Shown here one piece after another: positions 40,348 through 51,953 of a stretch of 51,953 nucleotides of DNA. The notes beneath the pieces were generated by a model that was given only the letters and a program-made list of their open reading frames with translations, was not told the DNA's origin and ran no database searches. Both the position numbers and the translations under genes were made by a program. The DNA is from Perkinsus olseni (taxonomy: Eukaryota), in assembly GCA_013115125.1 (NCBI GenBank), contig JABANN010000218.1, positions 1 through 51,953 on the forward strand, written 5' to 3'. The first letter of the stretch is position 1; every line of letters begins with the position of its first letter.

Positions 40348-43222
40348 TCAGACATCAGCCCAAATTTGAATGATACTGAAGACTGTGCCGAGGATAGCAG
40401 CTGCTGAGGCAACGATAATACCAACATAAAGACCGGCGACAACAGCGGAGCTGCCAGTCCTCATAACAAGGAGGTAAAACCCGAGCGGCACGACGAAAAC
40501 AAGAGCTGAGAAGAAACGACCATCTCACGCCCGCATGAACCCGTGCCAAGCCCCACCTATAGTGATCGCACATCCAGTGACAGCATAGAGTTGAGGCAGG
40601 TGATTTTGAAGGGCGACAGCCAAGCCACATACAACAACAGTGACCAGCCCCCGCCACAATACACGCAACTTAACCGACGCGGTTCGAACCTGATCATCGC
40701 TGAGCTTCACTTTGAAGAACCCATGCAGTAGCGGAGCTTCTACGGCCGATAATGAACCATCACAGCGAAATATGAGGACCACAATGTCGAGTGTGATTAC
40801 CATCAACACTCATGGCCGCATTCAACTGCGAGCAACGGCCCTTACAGGATAGACACCAGCAGGGGCACCTCGAATACCGCAATTCCCATTTCTGATTGCG
40901 AGTTTACACACCAATCATCCGCTGAGTCTGAGCGAAGATATTCCGAAGCGCGCCGGAATACTGCGATGGCCCGTATGAAAGAAGAATGGCAGCAGCATCA
41001 GAACTACTAAATCCCCACGATCGATACTGGTTCAAGCGGCAAGATGCGTGAGGTTCCTGAGATCCCCGTGTATTACCACAGTGGCCTCCGTCACGGCCAT
41101 CAACGGCGTCATTAACACAGGGATGGCCACGAGACCGTAGGCTATGTACACCAGATAGACGAGCACGAATGCTCCATAAGGTATTACTGAGAATAGAACC
41201 CACGACCATGCGAATGACAACCGAATGGCTTAACGATCCAGCCAAACCCACTCACCAGTTTGGTCACTCTCGAGTAGCGTCAGATAATTGGGCGGACATG
41301 CACTATCTCCACAGAGATGCATCCCCAACACTCCAACAACGCTCATATACAAAAATGAGCATCCAAGCGCCGCAGCCAGGCATCTCTCGAAATATCTTCG
41401 CCGTCCACTGTACCCCACTGCCACGCTCTTCTCCATCGTCTGACTGTCCTCTGTTGCCGCAGACGCAACCGTATCGGCCGGTGACGATGGTCGAACAGGG
41501 GATCCACCCTTCACGGACGGTCCTGAGGGTTTATCATTTCAAGATTTCCAACGGCGCCTGCGCCATTAATTCTATTCGCGGAGATGTAGGGACATAATTC
41601 CTCGAACAATTCTGCTATTGTGACGATCGCTCTACAGCGTAGCCTGAAGCTAGGACAAGGTGTTCTTGTATAGCTGGAACAGAGCTCACAAGAAATTGAG
41701 GATTAACTACAGGGCATGCCTCGCGCGAGGACTCTCCCAAGATTTGACTTACCAGAAACGACGCCCACATACGCCGGCAACGAGAAGGCGTTCGAAAAGG
41801 AGAAGACGACAACTCCGAGAAGAACGAAGAAATCGCCAACCCCTCCAGCGGGCGAATAGAATGGGATCATCGGTAAGCTAGATTGATCGTCCTCCGTCAA
41901 TCGAGCGATCGAGGCTATAATCTGACAAAAAGAAAGATACGCCCAGCACCACTTCCCGAATGGCTCCTACCAGTCCGATCAACCCGACCGTCAGGGCCAC
42001 TGGCGTAACGATCGCGCACACGCGTGTGATGTGCTCGTAGATCGGCACCACCGAGAGGGCGAAGGAAAGCACGGCAAATACCAGAACGCAGTAACCATCT
42101 GAAAGACGAATCTAGGACAGAATTTTTCGGGGAAATTATTACTAGCGATTCGAAAAAGTAACGATCCTGCCTCAGCCAGGGCAACCATGTTGGCAATTAA
42201 CGTTAATAAAAACTGTATACTGATCATCTGAAGAGAGGAGAAACCCGAGAATTCACCTCGACCTTCTCCGCCTCGCTTCAACTCGGATAAGGAAGGTAAC
42301 CGTCGATGAGCGTAAAATGAGCCCAACAACAACGACAACTGCGAGGCTCGTCATTCACCCCAGCAGTTGGCGGAAACAGCGCAAACAGCCCGGCCGGATC
42401 AACTACTGTTGATCGGCCGCAGTGAATCACGAGAACGGCCGAATTACGGCGATAATAACGACTTCCCCAAATGAATTTACACCACGGATAGGGTTCCTAG
42501 CCAACGAAGCCAGTCGATGAGAACTAGATTCTACAGAACGTAGTCCATAACAATTCACATGCAAATCGGCCAATCACTGGTGGAGTTCACACGACCCTCC
42601 TACAACTTTATACGCGAAAAAAAGCAAGGCCGGAGAGTATTTCAGCACGGGCCTGCCAACCCAATCACCGGTGTGATGAACACCCTCCCCCCAACCCACT
42701 TACCGTAGTGATTACGGAACGACCTTTCAAGCCGAAGAGCATCTCGGCGATAAAACCATATTCACGGTTCAAAACTTCAACACCTCTAAGCCTGGCATAT
42801 GACGTGACCTGAGCTAATTAATTGCCCTGCCCCGGGATCAAACCTGCGCCCTATTTACTACCGCTTCAGACTGCACTAAGTGAGCTTGCAGCCACACCGC
42901 TCCGCCAACTAGGCCGGTGATGAGCGACGCGATGATTAGGCTGAACCATCCCACTCGGGAGAATGCGTACGGGCTTGCGAGGTTGGTTGATATCAGTGCA
43001 TTCACACACACCAACATGAACGACCTGCGAAGGAATCTCAGGTTGAAGCTGGCATCAAACAAAAACGAACCGCTTCCGCATCCTCCAGCCCTCATCAGTC
43101 TCTTCAGCCACTGCGATTTCTTCGACCTCGGGCGCAGTCGAAAGATTCTCCTGGACGCCGATAATCTCGTTCGAACTCAGCGAAAATCTAATCTTCTTGT
43201 GGAGCCTGTCCACGATAGATGC
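40348..43222 (-). CDS. Divergent AAAP-family amino-acid transporter, copy F; 5' end unresolved (further exons may lie up to about 43950)
   Basis: Exons SFMLVCVNALISTNLASPYAFSRVGWFSLII, VLNREYGFIAEMLFG (about 42730-42785), MISIQFLLTLIANMVALAEAG, LVAIPVLMTPLMAVTE, LRVLWRGLV..LPQLYAVTG and ALVFVVPLGFY..QIWADV-TGA (40348-40350). Confidence 0.75.
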
Positions 43223-43995
43223 CTGAAAATAATATTACAACGGAAAACCGGAAATAATGGTAAAATTTCTATTTTTTTCGGTTTTTTCCTGCATTATGAA
43301 TTTCGTATAATCTTCCGGTGAATTTTCTGATTACTATTTGGGCGCAATTTCTGAATAATTTCCGGGTGTATTTTCAGAACAATTTTCGTATGATTTCGAG
43401 GGACGTTTTGCACCAATGACAATCTGCCCGAATCTTAGTTTTACTTTTTTCAACCAGACTGGGTTCGACCTACTTCGTGTCACGCAAGGAGCGAGAAAAG
43501 ATACGATTGAATCATAACCTTGTTGTACTCGATGAAGGTCGAAGCGTGCAACTTGCAGAAAAATAGATACTTTCCCAGAATTTTAGCACGGAATTCTGGT
43601 ATGTATCAACCGACGAAGGAAGAGTTGATTTCAAGTCGGGATTCTCACGAAGGCGAAGATATTCTCGTCGAACAAGGAGCTACAGTAGCCGGAAAAAACT
43701 GATGAAAAAACCGTAAAATGCAGTATTACCTTCTCGGGGCCTTCTTCCGGCTGGGAATCGGGAGTGGGTTGTATAGTGGGGATTAGAAATAGGTAGCAGA
43801 CTTGAAGATTCGACGACCCGAAGTGCTGCTTTTGATTTAGCGCACGCCGTGGTGATCGATTTATCCTCGGACCTCTGCGTATCTTATGCCTACGGATACC
43901 AGATAAGTCGCGAACTCGTCGTGAGTGCTGTATCCTTTTGTCATGCTGGGAAGATACGGAATAGGTCGGGTCGCTGAGCAGTGTTCGAGCTCGCT

Positions 43996-44775
43996 ATGTC
44001 TTTTCATCGTGCGTTCGCAAGAGTTGTCTGCAACTACAACAAGAGCATCGAAGGCTCCGTGCCATGGTAGTTCGGGGCGTATCTTAGGTTGAAGCATGGC
44101 AATCACAGGTACCAAGTGAAGCGGGAGAAGTCGCCATTCCAACAAGTGTGGGACGAAGTCTTCACGCCCGTCTGGTTCAAGCTCGTTAAGGGCCCGTAAG
44201 TCTCCCCCACCTTAGAGAGCCGCCGGTTGAGCATACACAGGGGAATGCCTTCAAGTGATGTTGACTATTTCCAACCTATTAGGAATACTAATTGCGATGG
44301 ATAGGATTACCTACACCCAGCCTTCCTCCCGCCGGGGACGATGAAACCGCACAAACCGGGCTGGTCAGGTACGAGCGTTGGGAATATAACGCCCTGGTTG
44401 CTCGCTACAGAGGGATGGGCATTATGGCCGATGATGCTATGAATGATAAGGTATCCGGTTCGATCCCTGGCGACGGCATTTTATCCATTTCAGGATATGA
44501 TCGTCGAACGAGCGCTGGACATCATCCCCGAGGATATCCGTATCCAAAGGTACAGACGGATGATGCGAGGTAAGGTCGACCTCTAGGCGTATCTTTCGAC
44601 CGTTTCATTACCCTCAGGCGCGGTTCTGGCTGGTAGAAAGCTTCATCTTCCGCTAGAGCTACAGAACTACGACCCGATGGTGCCCTACATGGCGCCCTAC
44701 ATCGAAGAGGCCAAATTCCAGATGCAGGAGGAACAGGAGCTGCTGGCCTTTCATCCCTGGGACCGACGACTGTAA
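43996..44775 (+). CDS. QCR7: Cytochrome bc1 complex 14-kDa subunit (QCR7/UQCRB), alveolate type
   Basis: Exons 43996-44066, 44109-44195, 44369-44450, 44494-44569 and 44618-44775 join in frame: ..RYRGMGIMADDAMNDK|DMIVERALDIIPEDIRIQRYRRMMR|GAVLAGRKLHLPLELQNYDPMVPYMAPYIEEAKFQMQEEQELLAFHPWDRRL. It may continue via a further intron at 44772. Confidence 0.85.
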
Positions 44776-45380
44776 GTCGAGCACCTGGGGGAAATTTGGT
44801 ATCTTGTTGTTTTTTAATGAGCGAGGTTTGAAATGAGTTTATAATTTTAGAGTATGAGTATGTAGTAAAGTATAATGCGCGGATCTCGATGGCCGCGTCT
44901 TCCGCTGGTTGAAATATTCATATTTGCGGGCGGCCACTTTACTGTCAGTAGTTCCGAGGACGCTGTTCGCGGATCTGTAGGAATTCTGAACGTACCGGGA
45001 CGCAATATGAACTTAATTGGTTAACTGCCATTATAGTACTTTAAAGGGGCGCCAAGGGACGCGTCAGCTCGGTAAACAGTGCTACGTAGTAGACTTCAGC
45101 GGTCAAAGCCACCGATTCAGCTGAGCTGTCTACCAAGCATCGTCAGCTTCTACTGACGTTACTATGCGCTGTTTGGCAATTATCGAGGATCGCTTTTGAG
45201 CGATCATTCCCGGGTATTTAGCGTTCTCGTCAGTAGCGACTGCCGAGTCATGAGATCGCTGCTTTGACGATGCAGAAAAGCAGAAGCATTTTGCTTTTCA
45301 AGATGCATCATCATTTGTTTGCTTTCTATTTTCCCTTTTTTCAATCAGTTTGGATTCGCTTCATCCTCCGTCCTCCACAG

Positions 45381-47362
45381 ATACACCGCAGGCGTGTCCG
45401 GTTTTGGCGAGACTTCGATGCACTCGACCTTCTTCACTATGTAGCCGCTCGATGGCTGATGAAGTATTGGTACATTCGGCGCTCAGTGCGTCGATCATCA
45501 TCATGGTTTACGATGAGGGAAAATATTTTTTATTTGACCTCGGGTCGATTTTAGTGGTCAATTTGTATTCTGTGGTGTTTCGCTCCGCTAGATTCTCCTG
45601 ATTTTCATGAGCGGATTTGTCGAAGAAGAAACAGACGACCCAGCAGGCTTCGTTGCGGCTGCGAGGCGACGTGCTTCGAAGCAGCGGCGAAGTCACGACG
45701 ATATCACGACCGAGGATCGAGCCTACGATCTCTCCAGGAAAGATGTGCCCGTTGTCCGAGAGCCCGCTGATGAGCACCTGGAGGTAGTGTTGACTGACTT
45801 GTTGGTAATAGACGGTCTGACGGCCCAGGCTTTGGCGAGGCTGCGGGCCTCGCATGCTCCGGTGATATCTCCTGATCGAGAACGGCAACCAGTGACGCAT
45901 GCGAAGGAACAACCCGGCGTTGATGAAGCGGATAGAAAGCGGTTGTCCCCTGTTGTTGTGGAGGGCCTGAGTTCCGCAGGTGGGCTAGCTAGGAGAAGAT
46001 GCATTGGTGGCAATGCTTTTAGATGGTGCGACGAAGGAGGGTGACACTGGCCACGTTGAGGACAGCGGGAGTAGAGTAAATCGTCGGGTGATAGAAGTCA
46101 AGCCAGTGACCTATGCTGAGTAGTGACGGGCTGGCGTGGAAGAATACCGAATTTTGATGATAATGTTTGATTCGCAAGGAGAGCTAGATGGCTGCTAGTC
46201 GCTCTCCCGTTTTACTTGGAGCATCTACCCCTCAGCTCACGTTCGCTCAGTTTTGGTGGGTCCTTGCTGCGCGGGGCAACGAACATAATGATTCATTCGG
46301 TGCCCACGGTAGTCGGTGTTGGTTTTCGCTCCGTCTCACTACGTTGTCCCAAGGGCGATGTAAAGGCCTCTCAAAGGTTGCAAGGTCATCAATACTGGCA
46401 TCTCCTGGTAGGGGCGCAAAAAGCTTCCTCATGGTAGCTGGTAATCATCGAAGTCCCATGCCGACTGAGAATTCCGGACATACTGCACATTTTTATAGCG
46501 TCAAAAGGTTCGAGCGACCATTATCGAATAGTTAATGGTATTCAACAATTTGTCGGGTACCCTTTAGATCAACCTTCGCTGTGCGTTAGATACGTTGCTG
46601 TCTGCGAGCCACATGTGGGATGGCGAAGGTTCGGAGGTCTCGGTAGGGGACGCCTGGAGGAGGACGATGAGCTAATAAGGAAGCTGGCGCAACAGGCCAA
46701 GTTACCGCTTATCCGCGTACTTTGTGTTCGCCCTGATGTTGGTCGCAGGTGAAGCACTTCAGCCGACAGCTACGCCGAATCAATGCGGAGAAGCAAGCCC
46801 GAGAGAAGAGCAGGCCTCGGGAGGATGATCGGGTGATATCGTTATCAGAGGGAAGATTTGAATCAGTTGTTCTCAGCTTTCCATCGATGCTAGATCTCGA
46901 GGGCTGGAGTTTCACCGTCGTCAAAGAGAAGGGCATAAGATGAATAGGGAGGCTCGGAGCCGTCGAACGCGGAAGTCGAACTCGAAGCGGCTCGGTGGAG
47001 TTTCGGTGATGGTCGCGTGATGGGGGTAGTTGATTTGGTCAGGTCCGAAGGAAGATCAGGAGGCAGCCGAGCGGGCTAGGTTGGAAGAGATGTTGCGACA
47101 GCATGATTGTCTTCGTGCTAAAGTGGATGCATTTCGACGCTGGCTCCATCTTGGTTGCGCCTTCAATGGTAATCGAGAGATCCGCGTCCGCCACTTCGGT
47201 CGAGGAGATGAGTGGGCAACCGCCTTGAGCTGTGAGTTTGCAGTGCAGATGTTTGAAAACAGTGTGTATTCCCAGAACGCCGCTTTACGGCGGGAGTATC
47301 GCCAACACTGGCTTTATTGGGCCCCTCGTAATTTTTCTCGTGCGATTTTCATGGCTGTTTAG
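45381..47362 (+). CDS. Hypothetical multi-exon gene(s); model unresolved
   Basis: Exon-like ORFs after CAG/TAG acceptors (45381, 45592), plus 45607-46044, 46749-46943 and 47030-47362. The last two are partly duplicated at 48722-49068. Confidence 0.35.
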
Positions 47363-47569
47363 TGGAGCCAGAAGTAGTCTCGGATGACTCAGTGAATGAT
47401 CGAAAGTTGGACCTCATTCGAGCGAGGCTCCGTTCCGGAGGGCACGGGCGCAGGCCAATATTGGCTGTAGCAAAGGCGCCGCACGAAGCTGCGCCATTCC
47501 AATCGATTTCCCCTCGGGCGGATTAGCTCGGCCTTGCATTCCCTTCACAGTAGCTGCTCGCGGACCCTC

Positions 47570-48186
47570 ATGCTGACTCGCCGGCCTGGCCAACTCCTCT
47601 GCGTGGTAGCTGCGCTCATACCATAAACAGTCTTCTGTCTGACAAGTCAGAAGCAGAAAAGCTCTGAGAAGGCCCTTGACCCAACCAAGCTCGAGTACCG
47701 CTTGGCTCACCCATCCGACGTTCTGCTGGACACGAAGGTGGACGAGGATGCGGCTGTTTTTGTTGCATACGACACCAAGGCGAAGGTGCGTGGCCTCCAG
47801 GCGAAGGACCTGTCGTCTAGGGAGTAACAGCGACTAGGTGGGGATGCTGTGATAGAGAATTATGCCAAGATGATGATGAGTAGCCTTAATAGGAGTGGTA
47901 GGAATTTCTATGGCGAAGGAAAAGTACGCACACACGCAAAACTACTGAACTCTTTCTGGAGCTTCTGTGGCATAGGTTGCGACTCTCACTCCAACCCTAG
48001 AGGACTCAGATGGACTTAGTCGACTGGAATGTCTGGTAGGCCGTGGTTGGATCTGTCGAATTCGGTCTCGTGAAGCCGGGATCTTATGAAACTCACGAGA
48101 CGGTGTACTTACCATGGGTAGAGGTGGAAGGAGGGCAGAGGAACCAAGACGTGGTGGTAGAAGTGCTCAAGCATCTGTTGGAATAT
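47570..48186 (+). pseudogene. Signal-peptide GNAT-fold-like protein, copy 1 (premature stop)
   Basis: ATG 47570 with an in-frame TAA at codon 19 (47624-47626). Downstream LEYRLAHPSD..AVFVAYDTKAK|AVVGSVEFG..ETVYLPWVEVEGGQRNQDVVVEVLKHLLEY. Confidence 0.6.
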
Positions 48187-49266
48187 GTAAGTGCCGATTG
48201 GTGCCCTTCAACCAGCTGGATGGTCCATCAGGAGGGTTCATAGAAGTTTTTTGACTGCTCTATGTGATACGAATTCAACATCTTCTGGTCATTAGGTTGT
48301 AGTATAACCATTATTTCCAGCACCAGATTTTTAATGATGAGTGAATGCTATTCCATGCAACTGGTGAAATCAGTTTAGTGCTCTCTTCGGTCATAGTAGG
48401 ACTGCTAGGTGGAGATGAAGAAGTGTACTACTTTATTCGTGTTGAAGAAGTAGAATAGTGAGGGTACTCGGATTCCCCCCCCCGGCGGCGTTGATTCTGA
48501 TTTCCCCGCCCTAGTCGTGAGGAGGGTCGCCTCAGCTCCGTCCCCGTGAGAGGGAGTACTGATGATCAGATCAAGCGCGTTAGACCCCAAGTTGTTTTTG
48601 CCTGGACCCGAGAATACTGGGGCCCCAAGGACGACTTCGCCGACACGGTTTGCATGACGGTCGGGTTCGAGAGAATGGGAGGTGAGCGCTGCGTAGTAGA
48701 GACGTGCTGCAGTTGCCGGCTTGATCGGGTGATATCGTTATCTCAGAGGGAAGATTTGAATCAGATGTTCTCAGCTTTCCATCGATGCTAGATCTCGAGG
48801 GCTGGAGTTTCACCGTCGTCAAAGAGAGCGGCATATGATGAATGGGGAGGCTCGGAGCCGTCGAACGCGGAAGTCGAACTCGGAACGGCCAGGTGGAGCC
48901 TCTCTGGGAGTCGCGTGATGGTGGCAGTAGTTGATCTGGTCAGGTCTGAAGGAGGATGAGCAGGCGGCCGAGCGGGCTAGGTTGGAGGAGATGTCACAGC
49001 GGTATGATCGTCTTCGTGCTGCAGTGGATACATTTCGCCGGTGGCTCCATCTTGGTTGCGCCTTCAATCATTGGGGGTCCGCTTCGGCTGGGTCACTACG
49101 AGCTGCTACTTACCATCAGCGATCAGTGATTGATCGAGCATTCAATAGAATCTCGTTCGGGCGGCGCTTCGTCCCGCCGCCGCACGAAGCCGCGCCATTC
49201 CAATCGATTTGCCCTCGAGCGGCTCACCTCGGCCTCGTTTTCCTCCGTAGTAGCTGCCCAACCCTC

Positions 49267-49663
49267 ATGCTCTCTCGTCGTTCTGGTCACCTCCTCTGTG
49301 TGGTCTCGGCACTGATACTATCGACGGTGTCCTGCCTGACCAGTCACAAGCAGAAGACCCTCGACCCGTCCAAGCTCGAGTACCGCTTGGCGAAGCCTAC
49401 CGACGTCCTGCCGAGTGACAAGCTAGAAGAAAAAGCGGCTGTTTTTGTGGCATACGACACCACGGCACAGGTGAGCAGGAAGGGTCACCGGACTGGATCG
49501 ACCTGTCTTGTTGCGGGCCGTGGTTGGATCTGTCGAGTTCGGTGTCCTGAAAGAGGCAGTCTATGAGAATCAAGAGACGGTGTTCTTGCCGTGGTTGGAA
49601 ATGATAAGAGGCTGGGCCAACCAGGATGTCGCCGTGGAGATGCTCAAGCATCTGCTAGAATAT
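49267..49663 (+). CDS. Signal-peptide GNAT-fold-like protein, copy 2 (3' exons unresolved; intron-1 acceptor reads CGG)
   Basis: MLSRRSGHLLCVVSALILSTVSC (signal-peptide-like), then LEYRLAKPTD..VFVAYDTTAQ|AVVGSVEFG..TVFLPWLEMIRGWANQDVAVEMLKHLLEY, which resembles GNAT strands b1-b4 and helix 3. Confidence 0.5.
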
Positions 49664-50089
49664 GTGAGTCCCGATTTTTGCGGACAGTCCGTCGAAAAGC
49701 ATATTTGATCAAGATAGAGGGCGTACTACGAGAGAGTTTTTCGAAAGCACCACAGTGGCATGGGTGATTTTGGGTAGAATTTTAAAAATCAGTTTCCTAC
49801 GAAACCTACGAAAGTTCGACAGTTCAAAATGAGACATGATCAGATCGACATCATAAGGTCCGGGAATGAGCGAGATTCCTCTCACTTCGCCGGAGCGCTC
49901 TCGCTATGCAATTTCACGCTCATTATCTCTCCAAAGGACTAGACGTGCTATTGCTTCGAAGCTTTCGCGGGCTACTCATCAGCTAGGAGGAAAATCAGGA
50001 GTACCGTGAGACTATGGGTAGTACGCTGAAAGGTGGCTGGACTGATGAGCATGGTAGCTCACAAGATGTCCTACACGTCTCCACAATAT

Positions 50090-50163
50090 TACTCTGGGCG
50101 GGACTTGAACCCGCAACCTTTGGATTAGAAGTCCAACGCTCTATCCGATTGAGCCACCAGAGC
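50090..50163 (-). tRNA. tRNA-Arg(UCU), intronless
   Basis: GCTCTGGTGGCTCAATCGGATAGAGCGTTGGACTTCTAATCCAAAGGTTGCGGGTTCAAGTCCCGCCCAGAGTA forms a full cloverleaf with anticodon TCT and differs from the 35957 copy at 2 positions. Confidence 0.95.
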
Positions 50164-51515
50164 TGTGAGAGTTGCAGGGAGCAGCTGCAGGGGCTGCCCG
50201 GCATTGATGATAGCAGGTGGTTCACTGAACGTCCATTACTGATCGCTCTTTCTGACTATTTGTAGACAGGCTATGTCCTGATTTTCACCAATGTCCTGCA
50301 TCCCATCTACTTCAATACTCTTGGTATTCATCCTACTATTCATCCTCTAGCCCCCCTCTCGCTACTATTGCCATAGTTTTCAGCGGGTACTTGTGTCTTT
50401 CGCTCGCCTGCGGCCGAAGACTTGTCATTTTTGATCGTGAGAGGACGAGATCGTCAACAGAGCATGCTACAGCAGCGCCGGACTTCAGGACTTCGCGTTT
50501 TGCAGCAAATCGTGTTGTGCGGTAAATGACTTCCTTTCCACCGGTCAGCTGTTGATAGTAACCGTGACTGAAGTTGCTCAACAGTGGCCAACGGCAATTC
50601 AGTATCCTGAAACGATACCACGGGGCTGAGCTAGACGTGGATGATGATTCGATGTCTGGAGGAGCTCTGGGAGCAATCATGCTTTTATTAGAACGGCCGA
50701 GTGAAGTACGTACAGACAGTGGTTTTTGGTGGGTGAATACGAAGAACGAGCGATAGTCGTAAAGGTTCAAAGAGACCGATGAGAGGCGAGGACGAAAATG
50801 AGCGACACCCTACGAAGTACGAAGCTGTTCTTCAGAGGTCGATCGATACCGCACGACGAAGTGGTGCAAGATTCCCTGAAGATTTCAGTGGAAGCATGAC
50901 TTGTTGACATTGAGTGAATATGCAGGCAGGATGGACACCGAACACAGGGACGGTCACGCACGAGAGACTCAGGGGGCGTTCAATGAATGCGGTGACCCGA
51001 TAGAATAGAATCGATGCTGACTTTCTGGTTTAACCAGCAGTACCACCAACAACCACCACCGGAGCGTTTCACATCCCAAACGGAAGAAGATTGGCTATTC
51101 TGCTAGCTCGCCACTCTACTGCCAATAAGACGGCGTTGTTTCCACCAAATCCAGTTGCCAAATGTTGCAACCACCAGTGCTTCTCTAGCGTCACTGTTGT
51201 GTTGATGAGATTGTCCCTTCTAATTGCATAGCACTGATACATCACTGTCACTTGACTTGTGTGCCATTGCGCGCTAGTGTCCCCCCGTCTTTAGTGTTTC
51301 AACTGCTACTATCGTGTTGTACTTCGATGGAAGCTAGCGCGTCCTGGGTAGCATCATTCGAAGTTGATCCATGTCAGACTTGAATGATTCTCGTTAACGC
51401 GTCTCGTGTTGACTTAGTTATCATTTTCTTTCCTAAACGATGGTAATAGCTTTCAACATCGTCATCTCTTTCATTCTTTACTTGTTTGTCACAGAGAAGT
51501 CTATTTTAACGGCAG

Positions 51516-51953
51516 GAGCTGTCCAGCTCATCTACAACAACACCGAGGCCCAGGTCATGTACAGTGACTGCGACCCTCATGCTACTTTGCTACTTACCAC
51601 AACCTCTGGCTATGATAATGATGATGAATACGGCATGGATGGGGGGTATTCGTATCGTGCTTTTCCAACTAATTCATCGTCGCAAACTGATAGTGCGATG
51701 AATCGCTCTGCTGATGGTAGGCGGTCGTTGTTGGAGGATGAATCAGTAACTACCACCACCGCTGGTAGTACTACGACGACGAAGGCTTCTACTACCACAA
51801 CCGCTGGTAGTACTACGACCACCGCTGGTAGTTCTACGACGACGAAGGCTTCTACTACCACAACCGCTGGTAGTACTACGACCACCGCTGGTAGTTCTAC
51901 GACGACGAAGGCTTCTACTACCACAACCGCTGGTAGTTCTACGACCACCGCTG
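51516..51953 (+). CDS. Partial Thr/Ser-rich mucin-like protein exon running off the window
   Basis: Open frame after a CAG acceptor: AVQLIYNNTEAQVMYSDCDPH..GRRSLLEDESV, then (TTTTAGS/TTTTKAS)n. Confidence 0.65.
51749..51953 (+). repeat. Coding minisatellite: 21-bp subunits in a 63-bp higher-order unit
   Basis: accgctggtagt(a/t)ctacgacgacgaaggcttctactaccacaaccgctggtagtactacgacc is repeated about 3 times up to the window end. Confidence 0.95.

Larger units (their letters stand above)
46826..49665 (+). repeat. Tandem segmental duplication (period about 1.5-1.9 kb)
   Basis: 46826-47167 resembles 48722-49068; about 47476-47790 resembles about 49177-49472; about 48040-48187 resembles about 49517-49664. 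Confidence 0.9.

Noticed and set aside
41191-41208. GAATAGAACCCACGACC resembling the B-box element
   Set aside because: It lies in coding sequence of copy F (MVVGSILS) and is probably coincidental.
43700-43944. ATG 43944 as the start of copy F, about 50 bp head-to-head with QCR7
   Set aside because: The candidate exons hit stops in every frame tried, so the 5' end is left unresolved.
51610-51948. Val-rich minus-strand ORF
   Set aside because: It is the antisense shadow of the Thr-rich plus-strand repeat.

Overview
Eukaryotic, intron-dense genomic DNA with short GT-AG introns and tiny intergenic gaps. It is most consistent with a Perkinsus-like alveolate (inference from gene architecture and an apicomplexan-type QCR7). 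The left ~14 kb is a compact gene cluster: APC/CAT-family amino-acid permease (+), sphingosine/DAG-kinase-family gene (-), TKL protein kinase (-), an unknown membrane protein (-) and AAAP-family amino-acid transporter copy A (-). From 17 to 43 kb lie five further AAAP-like genes (-), one clearly frameshifted and one split by a 3.36-kb intron containing tRNA-Arg(UCU). The 15-43 kb region also holds a hAT-like MITE and a non-LTR retrotransposon remnant. The right end holds QCR7 (+), hypothetical genes, a duplicated signal-peptide GNAT-like gene pair, a second tRNA-Arg(UCU) and the start of a Thr-rich mucin-like ORF. The most unusual signals are non-coding. (1) About 11 tRNA-derived (B-box +/- A-box) elements, nearly all inside small spliceosomal introns, several filling the whole intron. 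(2) Short motif families (GCGGAGCGAAG, GTATCTT-N14/15-AAGATAC, GTAATTTCGTGGCGCAGTGACGC) shared between introns of unrelated genes, often abutting splice sites with donor/acceptor polarity. (3) Frequent fold-back insertions with a 1-nt spacer, two of which frameshift a transporter copy. All gene models were built by eye without RNA evidence.
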